A stretch of DNA of 64,000 nt, from the sequence record NC_021531.1, one strand, 5' to 3'. The notes under the pieces are model-generated. The model was not told the DNA's origin. It worked only from the letters and a program-made list of their open reading frames with translations, and made no database searches. How positions within the stretch are numbered: position 1 is the first letter of the stretch; the number at the start of each line of letters is the position of its first letter. Below are positions 56,448-64,000 of the stretch, in pieces. A program made the position numbers and the translations under genes.

Positions 56448-56471
56448 GGTCTAGGGGGCAACCCCTAGACC
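56448..56471 (+). other. GC-rich GNRA hairpin without U-tract upstream of terminase
   Basis: GGTCTAGGGG-GCAA-CCCCTAGACC. Confidence 0.7.
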
Positions 56472-56492
56472 TATACCGGGAGGTATGGCAAC

Positions 56493-58598
56493 ATGATTCT
56501 ACGTAAAGGTGACTGGGCCCGTTACCCGGGTGCCATCATTCACAACACCACAAAGAACAAACACTTTCTCAAATTTGCAGACACCCTGAAGAAACTCGGT
56601 GTAGAACACTGGTACGTTCACCTTGCGTTGCACAACCCACTCTTACAAGACGTTGACCCCTTTGACCCGATGCTGACCGTTAAACAGCAGATTATGGTCA
56701 CCGAAGAGTGTGCAGTAAACCCATGGTATTATTTCCGCGAATGTGTACGTATCCCGGCGGATGGTTCAAACGGTGTTCCGTTCCGTATCGACCGTGGTAA
56801 CTTCGCGATGTACTGGATTTTCTTTAACAACATTGACTCCGGTGTCGAGTTCCTGCGTCAGCACGGTAAGACCATCGGTATCTGTGGGTTAGAGAGCTGG
56901 CTGATTCGTTTCTTGGAGAACTCCCGTACCATTCACGTTACCCGTGGGCCGGTACTGCGCGAGGAAACCATCGTTACACTGAAACGTATCCGCGATAACC
57001 TGCCGGCGTATCTGTGGCCGCACCATCCAGACGACCCAGATAACAAAGAAGCGTTTGCATGTCTGGCGCAGGGTAACAAACTGATTACGGCTATCGGACA
57101 GAACGATATCCCATCAGCAAACGGTGTGGGCCGTGGACTGACTGCCGGTCGTCTCATCTCGGATGAAGGCCCCTTCACCAACAACATCCACCACATTTTG
57201 CCTGCTGCATTCGGTTCAGGTACAGCGGCACGTCGCATCAACGAAGAGCACGGTGTTCCCTACGGCAACGTCATCGCAACGACGCCGGGGGACCTTGCGA
57301 CAGAAGAAGGGGTGTATATTCACAACCTGATGACATCGGGTATTGTATGGGACGAACGATACATTGATATCCCATCCAGGAAGATGTTGATTGACCTAAT
57401 CATCCGCAACGCAACGTGCGAGCAACCCCGTTTGATATTCTACGTTAAGTTGAACCATCGACAGCTGGGTACCTCGGACGCTGAACTCGCGGCAATGATA
57501 TCGAACGCCACAGGTACACGTGATCAGATTCTCCGTGACTACGGGGGTACGTGGACTACAGGCGGGCTCAACAAGCCGTACAGCGAAGAGGACGCGCGTC
57601 GTATGACGCAGTCACGGATGTCTCCACTGTTTAAGGAAATCTCTTCGTCCGGTTATGTGTTAGATTGGTTCTACAAAGAATCTGAGCATGCGTCTAAGAT
57701 GCGTACAAGGCACATCATCGGTCTCGATACATCAGAAGCAGTAGGTCGCGATGCGATTGGCTTTACGATGATCAACTCCGAGACCGCTGAAACTGCCGCG
57801 AAGCTGAACGTGAAGGAAACGAACGTCATCGGCTTTGCTAACTGGCTGGCTGGGTTTATGGAGAAGTATACCAGCACGGTGTTAATCCTTGAGCGACGGT
57901 CCACCGGGTCGTCTGTGGCAGACGCGTTATTGCTTGTGCTACAGAACAAAGTGCGCGACCTGCACCGCCGCATATTTGTGCGAGTCACCCAGGATGCTTC
58001 TCGTTACGATGACCTCTTTAATGAGTTCCGTCGTGGCCCCGGGCCAGTGCCTGAGAAGTTCTGGGACAAGTTCCGCAAATACATTGGATTCTCCACAGAC
58101 CAGGATAAACGTCGGAAGCTTTACGGTGAAGTGTTCACCATGGCTCTACGCATCTCGGCCCACCTTATCCGGTCTGGTGAACTTATTGACCAGATTCTCG
58201 GGTTGGTGGAAAGGGGTGGCCGCATCGACCACGTACGTTCGGGGCACGATGACTTGGTAATTTCTTGGCTGTTAGCGATGTGGCTTTTAATCTTCGGCAA
58301 GAATCTTGGTCATTACGAAATTTCTAACCACCGTGTGATGATACGTCATCAGAACATGGTCAGTGGGAGAAAAGAGGATGACGAAGAGAAGCAGGTGCGC
58401 GAAGAGCAAGAGCAGCGGGAGTTGATGGTTAAGATTGAAGCTCTGTCACGTGAAATTCAGGCAACACGGTGCCCAGTTAGAACGATGCAACTGCGGTCGA
58501 AACTGCAGTCGTTGGTTGGGGACCTTAACACTGACCTTCAGAATGTCGCAACGATGGAGTCTTTAAAAGAGCTCCTCGCACGGCAGAGGATGAAATAA
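56493..58598 (+). CDS. terL: terminase large subunit (phiKZ gp25-like)
   Basis: Walker A LRQHGKT, Walker B LISDE, coupling motif ATT, nuclease IIGLDTS and HDDLVIS. Confidence 0.92.
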   Translation: MILRKGDWARYPGAIIHNTTKNKHFLKFADTLKKLGVEHWYVHLALHNPLLQDVDPFDPMLTVKQQIMVTEECAVNPWYYFRECVRIPADGSNGVPFRIDRGNFAMYWIFFNNIDSGVEFLRQHGKTIGICGLESWLIRFLENSRTIHVTRGPVLREETIVTLKRIRDNLPAYLWPHHPDDPDNKEAFACLAQGNKLITAIGQNDIPSANGVGRGLTAGRLISDEGPFTNNIHHILPAAFGSGTAARRINEEHGVPYGNVIATTPGDLATEEGVYIHNLMTSGIVWDERYIDIPSRKMLIDLIIRNATCEQPRLIFYVKLNHRQLGTSDAELAAMISNATGTRDQILRDYGGTWTTGGLNKPYSEEDARRMTQSRMSPLFKEISSSGYVLDWFYKESEHASKMRTRHIIGLDTSEAVGRDAIGFTMINSETAETAAKLNVKETNVIGFANWLAGFMEKYTSTVLILERRSTGSSVADALLLVLQNKVRDLHRRIFVRVTQDASRYDDLFNEFRRGPGPVPEKFWDKFRKYIGFSTDQDKRRKLYGEVFTMALRISAHLIRSGELIDQILGLVERGGRIDHVRSGHDDLVISWLLAMWLLIFGKNLGHYEISNHRVMIRHQNMVSGRKEDDEEKQVREEQEQRELMVKIEALSREIQATRCPVRTMQLRSKLQSLVGDLNTDLQNVATMESLKELLARQRMK

Positions 58599-58840
58599 TG
58601 ACTACAGCTTATGTAACTGCGATCTTAGCGATTTGGCTCTGTGTCGCTCTCGGTCTGCGCCACTCGGTGGCGTTGCTCAATTCGGGTAACGAGCTGACCG
58701 GTGACTCAAAAGTACAGCTTAATCGCAAAGCAATGATGTTAGTCGTTTTTACCATTAGTACCAGCGCGGGCATGACATACGTGATGACCCAGATATACTT
58801 CTTGCACCAAACCACTTTGCAGCTTGCGGGAAACTTATAA
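58598..58840 (+). CDS. small two-TM membrane protein
   Basis: TAATG overlap with terL. Two hydrophobic helices. Confidence 0.7.
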   Translation: MTTAYVTAILAIWLCVALGLRHSVALLNSGNELTGDSKVQLNRKAMMLVVFTISTSAGMTYVMTQIYFLHQTTLQLAGNL

Positions 58841-58886
58841 TTTCCCTTTAAAAACAACTGGTTCCTCTATTATGGAGGAATAACAG

Positions 58887-59075
58887 ATGTTAATGTACTT
58901 GTGCGTCTGGTCTTGGTTATTCTGCACTTCGGTGTTGGTATGGCTAGGACTGAACCCAGCTGCAGACATGGTGAAGCCCACACCGCCTCCTGATGACTAT
59001 TCTCGCACTGAGCGCAATCACCCGGAGAACGAGTACCGCGTGCTTAAGGTGTACGTATGGACTTGTGGGCACTAA
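58887..59075 (+). CDS. small membrane-anchored protein
   Basis: GGAGG RBS, hydrophobic N-terminus, Pro-rich linker. Confidence 0.6.
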   Translation: MLMYLCVWSWLFCTSVLVWLGLNPAADMVKPTPPPDDYSRTERNHPENEYRVLKVYVWTCGH

Positions 59076-59077
59076 GG

Positions 59078-59115
59078 GAGAGGGCTTCGGCCCTCTCTTC
59101 TTATTTTATTTTTTT
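59078..59115 (+). terminator. intrinsic terminator
   Basis: GAGAGGGC-TTCG-GCCCTCTC followed by a T-run. Confidence 0.85.
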
Positions 59116-59117
59116 AC

Positions 59118-59138
59118 GGATATATGTTACCGGTATGA
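59118..59138 (+). promoter_or_regulatory. putative early promoter
   Basis: GGATATATGTTACCGGTATGA. Confidence 0.65.
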
Positions 59139-59166
59139 GAAATAGTTATGTATTTTGGAGCTAATC

Positions 59167-59760
59167 ATGCTGGTAAAAATTTATAATAGCGTTGAAAAAC
59201 TAGAACGTTGTGAATTTGCACGGACTGCAGGTAACTTTGCAGAAGAGTTAAAATTTGGTATTGAGAAGGCGAAGCGCCACACGCCAGACGGTGCTCATTG
59301 GTTATGGTGCGCGTTCATTCGACCGAATAAGGTTGAGCTTAGCCATTTCATGATGAATATGAGTCGGCAATTTATCGTGCGTCGTACCATACGCAATAAC
59401 TTACAGATTAGGCCATTTTGTTTGGCGTTGGAAGAACTGTACCCCGGTTATCCTGTCAAGATTATTAGGCGCGTCGATTTTTTCGACCGCAGTCGCGACA
59501 CGCTACTGTTTCGTTTCAGTAATCGCTATACCACGAAAGAATACGAACAGAAAAAACCAATGCCGAGAGAACCGTTTCACTACGTCACTGAAGACAACTT
59601 CGGCGACAAGTGGAATGAACTGATGGAAATTGAAGGCACCCACACCGTTGAAATGCCGGCATCGATAGCTGCCCGAGAAGACGTTATGGAATACCTAGAC
59701 AGAAATGGCTTTATTGCTTTTGAAGAAACGTTACCTTTAACATTGGGGAAAAGACGATGA
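59167..59760 (+). CDS. hypothetical protein (paralog of the next gene)
   Basis: Start moved to ATG 59167 after GGAG. Confidence 0.8.
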   Translation: MLVKIYNSVEKLERCEFARTAGNFAEELKFGIEKAKRHTPDGAHWLWCAFIRPNKVELSHFMMNMSRQFIVRRTIRNNLQIRPFCLALEELYPGYPVKIIRRVDFFDRSRDTLLFRFSNRYTTKEYEQKKPMPREPFHYVTEDNFGDKWNELMEIEGTHTVEMPASIAAREDVMEYLDRNGFIAFEETLPLTLGKRR

Positions 59761-60329
59761 GTTACGTATATTTTCGCGATGTTGATGCCATGATAAACAG
59801 TGAGTTCGACCACCGTAAGGCCATCAACTGGGAAGCCATTAACAAACACAACCCACTGACCCGTAGCCCCGGGGTTAATCATCATTATCTCTTAGGCTTG
59901 CGTAAAGACCAGAAGTGGGAAATTGTTCCAATCCTGTACAGTACCGGGCGAGCATACATCAACGTTGATTTACGCCAGCACGACCTGAAGGCCATGTTCG
60001 ATACACTGCAATACGTCTGCCCACACTGCATCTTACAGGTCTTGCACAAAATCGACACCACGCCCGAAGGGTTCGTAGTTGAGCAGCAAGAGTTCACCAA
60101 CGGACATTGTGCGCAAATTAACCAGAACACACCGCCGACGTATATGTTCATCAGTGGCGAGTCGTGGATGTCTGACCTGATGAGCGTGATGGCCGAACAC
60201 CAACGCGGTAAGCATATCTCAGTAACCGTTCACAAATACCACCTCGACCCGGGCGGTGCGGTAATGATGAACCTTGAATCTAACGGATTCATTGGTTATC
60301 GTTCCTGCATCTTCAAGAACTTTCTCTAA
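59757..60329 (+). CDS. hypothetical protein (paralog of the previous gene)
   Basis: ATGA overlap. Shares the L..NGFI C-terminal motif. Confidence 0.8.
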   Translation: MSYVYFRDVDAMINSEFDHRKAINWEAINKHNPLTRSPGVNHHYLLGLRKDQKWEIVPILYSTGRAYINVDLRQHDLKAMFDTLQYVCPHCILQVLHKIDTTPEGFVVEQQEFTNGHCAQINQNTPPTYMFISGESWMSDLMSVMAEHQRGKHISVTVHKYHLDPGGAVMMNLESNGFIGYRSCIFKNFL

Positions 60330-60354
60330 GGGGCTTCGGCCCCTTTATTTTTTT
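60328..60354 (+). terminator. intrinsic terminator (plus strand)
   Basis: AAGGGGC-TTCG-GCCCCTT followed by TATTTTTTT. Confidence 0.8.
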
Positions 60355-60357
60355 GGC

Positions 60358-60397
60358 AAAAAAAGAAAAAAAGCCCTACTCCAAAAGTGGAGTAGGG
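60358..60397 (-). terminator. intrinsic terminator (minus strand)
   Basis: CCCTACTCC...GGAGTAGGG hairpin preceded by an A-run on the plus strand. Confidence 0.8.
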
Positions 60398-60403
60398 TCG
60401 GAA

Positions 60404-61726
60404 TCAATTATTAACTGATGCCAAGGCGCGTATCATGAAATACAACAACAGTGCATTTCGTAAAGCAGCTAAGTCAGCGTCACGGCGTAAATGGGTATGT
60501 TTCTTCGCTAACTTTTCAATCCGGGTTCTGAGGGTCAGAATATAGGGATCTGTTGTTTTCGAAGCCATGTACAGCGCACGCAACTTATTCAGCAAGAATG
60601 CCACATCAGTGAAGTTGACGCGATTGGTGGTGACGTAATCAAATGCATGAGTCAGCGTGTCCACCATTATCTGTTCAACCTCACCACGCTCTTTCCCGTA
60701 AGGTAGACTGGTGATATAAACGATGATGGTCTTCAGAGCGTTTGGGGACGCCTTAGGGACGATTTCTAACACAACCCGGGCTAACTCCTCCTTGTACATG
60801 CTTGAAAGCGACATAGAGGCTTCCAGGAGGTTTTGCTTGGCAGTGTTAAAAGCTGAGACACGGTCACGCAGGATAGTCTCCCCGTTGACGTCAACCATCG
60901 CCGACTGTACCAGCATACGCGAGTTATCACGACGCACCACATCGAGGATAGCGTAGTAATCTTTCACGGTTTGTTTGGTACGCGTATTCAGGTCGGAGAT
61001 GAAGTAGATAATCTTCGGGGTATCCTGAAAACGTTTGATGTTGTCGTAATGCGGGGATTCTTTCGACACGAAATACTCAGCACGCGCACGGATATGTTTG
61101 CCCCAAGAGCCGACTTGTTTAATGTCGAACTTCATGGACAGTGCAGCATACGTGGCTTCCGCTGCCGGTAAGTCAACCGGACGCTTAAAGAAGTGCGAAT
61201 AAATCGAGGTGTAGAACTTAAACTGCAGTAACTCGACTAACGACACAATTGCATCATATGCTAATTTATCTTTATCGATTAGCGAAAGGTAACGATGCAC
61301 GAGGTAAACAACCGTTAAGTTGAATACGTCGCCTGTGACGTTCCATTCCATCACCATGTCTGAAAGCTTTTTATCGTTCAGCAATTCGGTCAGATAATCT
61401 TCATCCACCTGAATCACTTCGTCGAAGAAACGGTCACGGTCTGTGTCGTAAAAGCGGATGGTGTGCACGCCGAGAAGAGCAGAGCCGAACCATTCGACGT
61501 TGGTATCCCGGCTGAAGATAGTTGACACGTAATGCAGAATACGTTTATGCATTCGAACATCAATGGTTACTTTACTGAACAACTGGTCGTAAATCTTCCG
61601 CACCGAACTTGGCATCGCTGATTCCGTACCCAGTACACGGTTGGTCAACTCATACACGCCGGTACTGAAGTTATAGCGTAAAGGTTCATCTTGGTTATCC
61701 CAAGAAGGCGGGTCGTAGGTACGCAT
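60404..61726 (-). CDS. conserved virion protein (phiKZ gp32-like)
   Basis: 440 aa, helical. Assignment from remembered synteny. Confidence 0.55.
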   Translation of the reverse strand: MRTYDPPSWDNQDEPLRYNFSTGVYELTNRVLGTESAMPSSVRKIYDQLFSKVTIDVRMHKRILHYVSTIFSRDTNVEWFGSALLGVHTIRFYDTDRDRFFDEVIQVDEDYLTELLNDKKLSDMVMEWNVTGDVFNLTVVYLVHRYLSLIDKDKLAYDAIVSLVELLQFKFYTSIYSHFFKRPVDLPAAEATYAALSMKFDIKQVGSWGKHIRARAEYFVSKESPHYDNIKRFQDTPKIIYFISDLNTRTKQTVKDYYAILDVVRRDNSRMLVQSAMVDVNGETILRDRVSAFNTAKQNLLEASMSLSSMYKEELARVVLEIVPKASPNALKTIIVYITSLPYGKERGEVEQIMVDTLTHAFDYVTTNRVNFTDVAFLLNKLRALYMASKTTDPYILTLRTRIEKLAKKHTHLRRDADLAALRNALLLYFMIRALASVNN

Positions 61727-61755
61727 AGCTTGCCCTTAATTGTGAAAAGTTTTTC

Positions 61756-61775
61756 GGATATATGTAATTACGTGA
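61756..61775 (+). promoter_or_regulatory. putative early promoter
   Basis: GGATATATGTAATTACGTGA. Confidence 0.6.
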
Positions 61776-61797
61776 CATTCAATTGGAGCTATTAAAA

Positions 61798-62976
61798 ATG
61801 ATTAGAGATTACCTGAAGAAAACTGACTGGTCCAACCGCATCGGTAGCATCATCCCTGAGAACGAACCGGTTGAACTCTGGGTTTATCCCCACGGCTGTG
61901 TCTGCTCCGTCATGCGAGTAGACGGCGTATCCGTTATCAAGAACGGCCATTATACCGCGGTTAACACGACCCTCGGTAACATGCTGCTCGAAGCAGGCAT
62001 CGAAGGTGAGTTCATCCTGTACTCGACCGAAGCCATTCCACAGAACACCTCTCGTTGGTTGACTTGGTGGTTAAGTAACCAGCCGGGTCCGGACGATGAA
62101 AAGATTTCCACCATTCAGGTCACCACCTTCGGCATCGTGCCGAAGAAGACCTTACCATTCCAGGTCACTGTAATCCGTCCGCAGTTGATGCGGGCTATTG
62201 ACGTCACTCCGACGGTGATGACTAAATCACGCGACCGTCGGGTCAGTATTTTCATCGTCAAGCGTAGCAACGGTGAAGCATACGAGCTGGAACCTTCCCG
62301 TCGTGTGGAAGCGACCATCCTCTCTTACACCGACTACGGCTATATCGTTCGGACATCCCCGGACAACGCCATCTTCCGTGTTCCACGCATCGCTCGTCGC
62401 GTACTCGACGCATTGAACCGTGCGCGAGTTACAGCGAAGGACTTGTGTGGTCAACGGGTCACCATCCAGTACACGATGAAGACTGACGGTCTGAGACTGT
62501 CCAGTTATAAATCACCGCTTCTTCTTCGGGCACACAACCTCGAGGAGATTAACGATGGGGAGCAAAGTGATGTTCCCTCATACGAAAACCAATATCCGTT
62601 TAACTACGCGCCGAGTGTAAAATCGGGCAGCTTAACACCGACACGTTGCTCACGTGCTTCTATCCGTCTTACGGAGAACGGCATTGAGGGTTACGAAGAC
62701 GGTACCAACACCGTGCTGTTCACATTGAAGCCGACAACTGAAGAAGGGTTGTACGTTGCAGCATTGTCGAAAGGCGAGGGGTTGGAGCTGTGGGGCTTTG
62801 AAAGCGACTTCGCAATCGATAGCCTGAACCCGAAAGCGTTCGTGCGTTGTGTTAGCGATAACCTGTTCCAACAAACTGGCTATACGCTGGATACGTTGGG
62901 GCTGTATTACTCGACTCCAGAAGGTGCCTGGGTAGGCGACCGTTCTCTGGCAAGTGCAGCAACCGCTGCGGCTTAA
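61798..62976 (+). CDS. hypothetical protein with possible degenerate ATP-dependent DNA ligase fold
   Basis: Start moved to ATG 61798 after GGAG. The order of ligase-like motifs is described in the findings. Confidence 0.45.
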   Translation: MIRDYLKKTDWSNRIGSIIPENEPVELWVYPHGCVCSVMRVDGVSVIKNGHYTAVNTTLGNMLLEAGIEGEFILYSTEAIPQNTSRWLTWWLSNQPGPDDEKISTIQVTTFGIVPKKTLPFQVTVIRPQLMRAIDVTPTVMTKSRDRRVSIFIVKRSNGEAYELEPSRRVEATILSYTDYGYIVRTSPDNAIFRVPRIARRVLDALNRARVTAKDLCGQRVTIQYTMKTDGLRLSSYKSPLLLRAHNLEEINDGEQSDVPSYENQYPFNYAPSVKSGSLTPTRCSRASIRLTENGIEGYEDGTNTVLFTLKPTTEEGLYVAALSKGEGLELWGFESDFAIDSLNPKAFVRCVSDNLFQQTGYTLDTLGLYYSTPEGAWVGDRSLASAATAAA

Positions 62977-63000
62977 CTCCATTAGATATCGAGGTATAAA

Positions 63001-63453
63001 ATGACTATTGCCCTGAGTGTTGGCGAAGAACACTTTAAATGTGACGCAGAATTAACGTTTGACTTCAACCCTAACTGGTTACTGTTCAACAACCGTGCTA
63101 CCCGCAATGCGGTGGTGCACAAATTTGTAGATGCCATCAAAAACCCGGACTTCGTTATCATCGAACGGACGTTGGTTGTCGATGGGAAGTGTCAGAGCAC
63201 CTGTTATATCTTCAACGGTGCCAAGATTGATAACCAGAAGGTTACGTTCTGGGATGAGTCTAAACAGCAGTATTGGGTTAACGGCATCTGGCTCAGTGCT
63301 GCCAAAGAACTGAGCTATCGTCTGCGTTACATTGCCAGTAACAAGGAGCAGAAGACCATGACCATTCAACCGTTCGCGGGCGCTACCTTTATCGATAGCG
63401 CGGTGATGGAAATCGTAAAGGAATACCTTGTCGGTCGTAAAGACTACTGGTAA
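63001..63453 (+). CDS. hypothetical protein
   Basis: GAGG RBS. Followed by a terminator. Confidence 0.8.
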   Translation: MTIALSVGEEHFKCDAELTFDFNPNWLLFNNRATRNAVVHKFVDAIKNPDFVIIERTLVVDGKCQSTCYIFNGAKIDNQKVTFWDESKQQYWVNGIWLSAAKELSYRLRYIASNKEQKTMTIQPFAGATFIDSAVMEIVKEYLVGRKDYW

Positions 63454-63462
63454 GGGCAATAC

Positions 63463-63498
63463 GGCAGGTACCCTTCGGGGTACCGCCTTTCTTTTTTT
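63463..63498 (+). terminator. intrinsic terminator (plus strand)
   Basis: GGTACCC-TTCG-GGGTACC followed by a T-run. Confidence 0.85.
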
Positions 63499-63506
63499 GA
63501 TCGGAG

Positions 63507-63538
63507 AAAAAAGAAAGCCCTCCCCAAACGGAGAGGGC
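63507..63538 (-). terminator. intrinsic terminator (minus strand) with no obvious upstream gene
   Basis: Minus strand GCCCTCTCC-GTTT-GGGGAGGGC followed by TTTCTTTTTT. Confidence 0.7.
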
Positions 63539-63935
63539 AGTTCCCGGTAAGCGAGGGAACATGAAAAAGACATATCTCGAAGTTCACCTGCTGCTACAGG
63601 TTCACTCCTATACCGGCTAGAAGCAACGCAAAACTTCCAGCATATTAAGCAGTACAGTTGTAAAAAAGTTTTTGGGAAGACCCCTTCGGTTGACTTCCAG
63701 AGACTGAAAATTACTTTTTTTACAACACATTCTTATCCTTTGGAAGGGGGGATCAAGGGGGGATGGATAAATTAGTTATTAGTTAAAATGGATAATGAGA
63801 TTGAAATGAATGGATTAATTGATGGTAATCAATTAGGAATGAATGTAAATCGAATTAGACAGTTAACTAATACCCTATAGTCAGGTAGGGTAAGATAGGT
63901 ATCCTTACAGGGATACCGTTATTGCTTATTTTTTC

Positions 63936-63956
63936 GGATATATATTACTTCAGTGA
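63936..63956 (+). promoter_or_regulatory. putative early promoter containing exact TATATTAC
   Basis: GGATATATATTACTTCAGTGA, followed at the window end by the TTGGAGCTAACC RBS of a gene beyond the window. Confidence 0.75.
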
Positions 63957-64000
63957 GAGTTAAGCCAATTCTCAACCTATCCCTTTACTTGGAGCTAACC

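Noticed and set aside
63561-63620. 19-codon plus-strand ORF MKKTYLEVHLLLQVHSYTG with GAGGG upstream
   Set aside because: Too short to support. Its RBS sits in a stem and it faces a minus-strand terminator.
1-64000. CRISPR array, rRNA, tRNA, transposase or integrase
   Set aside because: No regularly spaced repeats, cloverleaf structures or mobile-element motifs were recognised on either strand.

Overview
A 64-kb segment of a phiKZ-like jumbo myophage (Chimalliviridae). Its gene order resembles, from memory, the enterobacterial SPN3US-type phages. The core genes are: an SbcC-like ATPase (5' truncated), DEDDh exonuclease, RNase H, UvsX/RecA, three virion RNA polymerase subunits (beta N, beta C and the beta' piece with the DYDGD catalytic motif), a 2474-aa tape-measure-like tail protein with a C-terminal lytic transglycosylase, the prohead protease, tail tube, tail sheath, three baseplate/tail proteins and the large terminase. 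Accessory blocks sit between them, most preceded by a repeated (G)ATATAT(A/G)TTA..(G/A)TGA early-promoter motif and closed by intrinsic terminators. The most interesting candidates are: (1) a scattered ADP-ribosylation toolkit (DarG-type macrodomain, NADAR-like protein, possible ART-fold protein); (2) a CYTH/triphosphate-tunnel enzyme with what looks like a head-protease-cleavable propeptide, coupled to the NADAR gene; (3) an apparently catalytically dead DNA-ligase-fold protein; (4) a signal-peptide transglycosylase behind an early-type promoter, plus a candidate spanin pair; (5) a structured, strand-asymmetric non-coding region at the right end with an orphan minus-strand terminator; (6) two genes that lose their stop at the same G-A5-TAA context. 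No tRNA, CRISPR array, intron or intein was recognised. All family assignments come from motifs read by eye. phiKZ gene numbers come from memory and synteny, not from a database search.
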